Origin: an uncultured Gammaproteobacteria bacterium
Lineage (GTDB): Bacteria > Pseudomonadota > Gammaproteobacteria > Pseudomonadales > Pseudohongiellaceae
NCBI GenBank assembly: GCA_903926285.1
Contig: CAIYIP010000441.1
Coordinates: 1-27,505 of the forward strand
DNA: 27,505 nt
Direction of reading: 5' to 3'
Below, one piece after another: positions 24,931-27,505 of the stretch. Positions within the stretch are counted from its first letter, which is position 1, and each line of letters starts with the position of its first letter. Both the position numbers and the translations under genes were made by a program. Under the pieces are notes generated by a model. It did not search any database. It was given only the letters and a program-made list of their open reading frames with translations, and was not told the DNA's origin.

Positions 24931-26181
24931 ATGAACGCATTCAACTACCGCAACAACCAGCTATACGCTGAAGATGTTTCGCTCAAAGAACTTGCAGCAA
25001 CTTACGGTACTCCCTGTTTTGTCTATTCGCGGGCCAAGCTCGAACAGCAGTTCATGGCCTATTACACGCCGCTTGCCCATCGCCCGCACCTGATTTGTTA
25101 TGCGGTCAAGGCCAATGCCAATCTTGCCGTGCTCAATGTGCTGGCGCGCCTCGGTTGTGGTTTCGACATTGTGTCTGGCGGCGAACTGGTGCGTGTGCTC
25201 GCCGCGGGTGGCGCTCCCGACAAAATCATATTTTCGGGCGTGGGCAAGACTATGGCCGAAATGCAGTATGCGCTCGAGATGGGCATACATTGTTTTAACG
25301 TCGAATCCGTACCTGAGCTCGAGCGGCTTTCTGCGGTTGCCAAAAGTCTCGGCCGCACTGCGCATATTTCCCTGCGGGTGAATCCGGATGTTGATGCCAA
25401 GACCCATCCCTATATTTCCACGGGGCTCAAGGACAACAAGTTCGGCATTCCAATTGATGACGCGTTGGCGATTTATCAAAAAGCCAGCAGGTTGCCCAGC
25501 ATAAAAATCATTGGCGTCGATTGTCATATCGGTTCGCAGCTCACGAGCCTCGCGCCGTTTCTTGATGCGCTTGATCGCATGCTGGATCTCATCGACAAAT
25601 TGCAGGACTCAGGCATTGCCGTCAGTCATCTCGATCTCGGTGGTGGCCTTGGCGTGCAATACACCGATGAGTTGCCGCCGCTCGCGCAGGACTACATGGA
25701 CGCGATCTCCGCACGCGTCGGCGCGCGCAAGCTGACGCTGGTGTTTGAGCCGGGCCGCTTCATTACCGCCAATGCCGGGGTGATGCTCACGCGTGTTGAA
25801 TACTTGAAGCCAAGCGCACACAAGAATTTTGCGATTATTGATGGCGCAATGAACGATATCATCCGTCCCGCCTTGTACCAGGCCGTGATGAATATCATCC
25901 CTGTCGAACTTCCGGCCCCGGGCAGCCCCATCAACTCCTGGGACCTCGTAGGCCCTGTGTGTGAATCCGCTGATTTTCTGGGCCGCGGCCGCAAACTCGC
26001 ATTGCAGCAGGGCGACCTGCTCGCCGTGTGTTCAGCGGGTGCCTATTGTTTTGCGATGAGTTCGAATTACAACTCGCGCAACCGTGCTGCCGAAATCATG
26101 GTCGACGGAAGCAAGCACACGCTTGTGCGGCGCCGCGAAACCTATGCCGAGCAAATGGCGCTTGAAACCCTACTGGATTAA
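24931..26181 (+). CDS. lysA: Diaminopimelate decarboxylase
   Basis: 'YGTPCFVYS', 'CYAVKAN' (PLP Lys), 'NKFG', 'HIGSQ', 'EPGR', 'VGPVCESADFL', 'MSSNYNSR'. Confidence 0.96.
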   Translation: MNAFNYRNNQLYAEDVSLKELAATYGTPCFVYSRAKLEQQFMAYYTPLAHRPHLICYAVKANANLAVLNVLARLGCGFDIVSGGELVRVLAAGGAPDKIIFSGVGKTMAEMQYALEMGIHCFNVESVPELERLSAVAKSLGRTAHISLRVNPDVDAKTHPYISTGLKDNKFGIPIDDALAIYQKASRLPSIKIIGVDCHIGSQLTSLAPFLDALDRMLDLIDKLQDSGIAVSHLDLGGGLGVQYTDELPPLAQDYMDAISARVGARKLTLVFEPGRFITANAGVMLTRVEYLKPSAHKNFAIIDGAMNDIIRPALYQAVMNIIPVELPAPGSPINSWDLVGPVCESADFLGRGRKLALQQGDLLAVCSAGAYCFAMSSNYNSRNRAAEIMVDGSKHTLVRRRETYAEQMALETLLD

Positions 26182-26187
26182 GACGGC

Positions 26188-27018
26188 ATGTTGTTGAAGT
26201 TCACCAAAATGCACGGTCTCGGCAACGACTTCATGGTCCTGGATCTCGTGCGCCAGCAACTTGTGCTGACGACTGAACTGATCCGTACGTGGTCCGACCG
26301 CCAGACAGGTGTTGGCTTCGACCAGTTGCTCATCATCCAACCCTCAACAGTTGCTGGTTGTGACTTTGCGTATCGCATCTTCAACCACGATGGTGGCGAA
26401 GTGGAACACTGTGGTAACGGTGCGCGCTGTGTCGCGCGGTTTGTGGTTGATCAGGGGCTCACTGCCAAAACCGAACTTGTGTTCGAGATGGCCAAAGGCA
26501 CAATTCGCACGAGTCTTGGCCCCAACCGCACAGTAACAGTCGATATGGGCTCGCCAATTCTCGCGCCAGCGTTAATTCCTTTTCAGGCAGACCAGCAGGC
26601 TGTGACATATCCGCTGCAGGTAGCGGGCAAAGACTACGAAATTTCTGCAGTTTCCATGGGTAATCCTCATGCCGTGATGGTTGTGGCTGATACAGAGAAT
26701 ACACCGGTAGCTGAGATCGGTCCTTTGGTCGAATACCACCCGCGTTTTCCCAAACGCGTCAATGCCGGCTTCATGCAGGTGGTTAATGCCAACTCGATAA
26801 AATTGCGCGTGTATGAGCGCGGTGCGGGCGAAACTTTGACGTGTGGCACCGGTGCTTGTGCTGCTGTAGTTGCAGGACGCCTGCGCGGCTTGCTCGCAGA
26901 AGAAGTATCAGTAAATACCCGCGGTGGTACGTTGCGTATCCGCTGGAATGGCGGCCAGCATTCCGTCTGGATGACCGGACCGACAGCAACTGTTTTTGAA
27001 GGACAAATAGAATTATGA
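26188..27018 (+). CDS. dapF: Diaminopimelate epimerase
   Basis: 'FTKMHGLGNDF', 'NHDGGEVEHCGNGARC', 'SMGNPH', 'ERGAGETLTCGTGACAA'. Confidence 0.97.
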   Translation: MLLKFTKMHGLGNDFMVLDLVRQQLVLTTELIRTWSDRQTGVGFDQLLIIQPSTVAGCDFAYRIFNHDGGEVEHCGNGARCVARFVVDQGLTAKTELVFEMAKGTIRTSLGPNRTVTVDMGSPILAPALIPFQADQQAVTYPLQVAGKDYEISAVSMGNPHAVMVVADTENTPVAEIGPLVEYHPRFPKRVNAGFMQVVNANSIKLRVYERGAGETLTCGTGACAAVVAGRLRGLLAEEVSVNTRGGTLRIRWNGGQHSVWMTGPTATVFEGQIEL

Positions 27019-27505
27019 CAATCAGCACCGACGGCACCCCCAATGGAACTGCCCACGACCACGAAGGTTCTACCCCAGCCGTTGCCGACTCAGCCATCTC
27101 TGTCGGCATAGACGAAACCACCGTTGCCAACTGGCTCAAACAGCATCCGGATTTTTTTCAGAACCAGTCCGACCTGTTGTTGCAGCTGAGTATTCCGCAC
27201 CCAAGTGGCAAGGCAATTTCGCTGCTCGAACGCCAGGTGGCGGTATTCCGCGAACGCCTCGATCTGTTGCAGGAACAGGCGCATGAATTTCTACACAACG
27301 CGCACGAAAACGACACGCTGTTTGAAAAAACGCGCATGGTGATACTCGATATCCTGCGGTGCGCCACGCTAGATGCGCTTATGGAAGTTGTGCGCGACAA
27401 ACTGAGTGTTGAATTTGCGGCAAGCGCTTCGGCGCTGGTATTTGTTTCTGCGGAGCCACAAATACCAGGCATAACGCGGCTGCAGCCCGTTACTGTTAAA
27501 ACTGC
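27015..27505 (+). CDS. DUF484 (YigA-like) protein, 3'-truncated by the window edge
   Basis: ATGA overlap with the dapF stop. Translated by hand: '...VANWLKQHPDFFQNQSDLLLQLSIPHPSGKAISLLERQVAVFR...NAHENDTLF'. Open to the window end. Confidence 0.9.
   Translation, partial: MTISTDGTPNGTAHDHEGSTPAVADSAISVGIDETTVANWLKQHPDFFQNQSDLLLQLSIPHPSGKAISLLERQVAVFRERLDLLQEQAHEFLHNAHENDTLFEKTRMVILDILRCATLDALMEVVRDKLSVEFAASASALVFVSAEPQIPGITRLQPVTVKT

Noticed and set aside
469-27472. The many short overlapping or antisense ORFs in the track
   Set aside because: They lie within or opposite well-supported genes and show no family motifs; treated as shadow ORFs.

Overview
A moderately GC-rich gammaproteobacterial chromosomal segment. 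The gene order lptM-lysA-dapF-DUF484 and argE-argA resembles Pseudomonadales/Cellvibrionales; this placement is an inference. The right two-thirds is mostly housekeeping: a BtuFCD-like ABC importer, YdcF, a hotdog thioesterase, phhB, argE, argA, ilvD, glgC, lptM, lysA and dapF. It is interrupted by long palindromic REP/MITE-like elements. The left 10.6 kb is accessory. It holds (i) a 1.28-kb segment bounded by 13-bp inverted repeats, with two small genes and a decayed Tat-signal gene; (ii) an MFS transporter translationally coupled to a stand-alone adenylation domain that lacks the amino-binding Asp and has no carrier protein nearby, converging on a beta-lactamase/PBP-fold protein whose SxxK serine is replaced by cysteine; and (iii) an Fnr gene followed by a perfect TTGAC-N4-GTCAA box and an orphan ligAB ring-cleavage dioxygenase. 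A second Cys-cluster Fnr-like regulator lies between a PilZ gene and an orphan glgC. The best candidate for an undescribed system is the MFS / A-domain / Cys-PBP trio. No rRNA, tRNA, CRISPR array or intact transposase was seen. All calls come from reading motifs by eye; no database searches were run.
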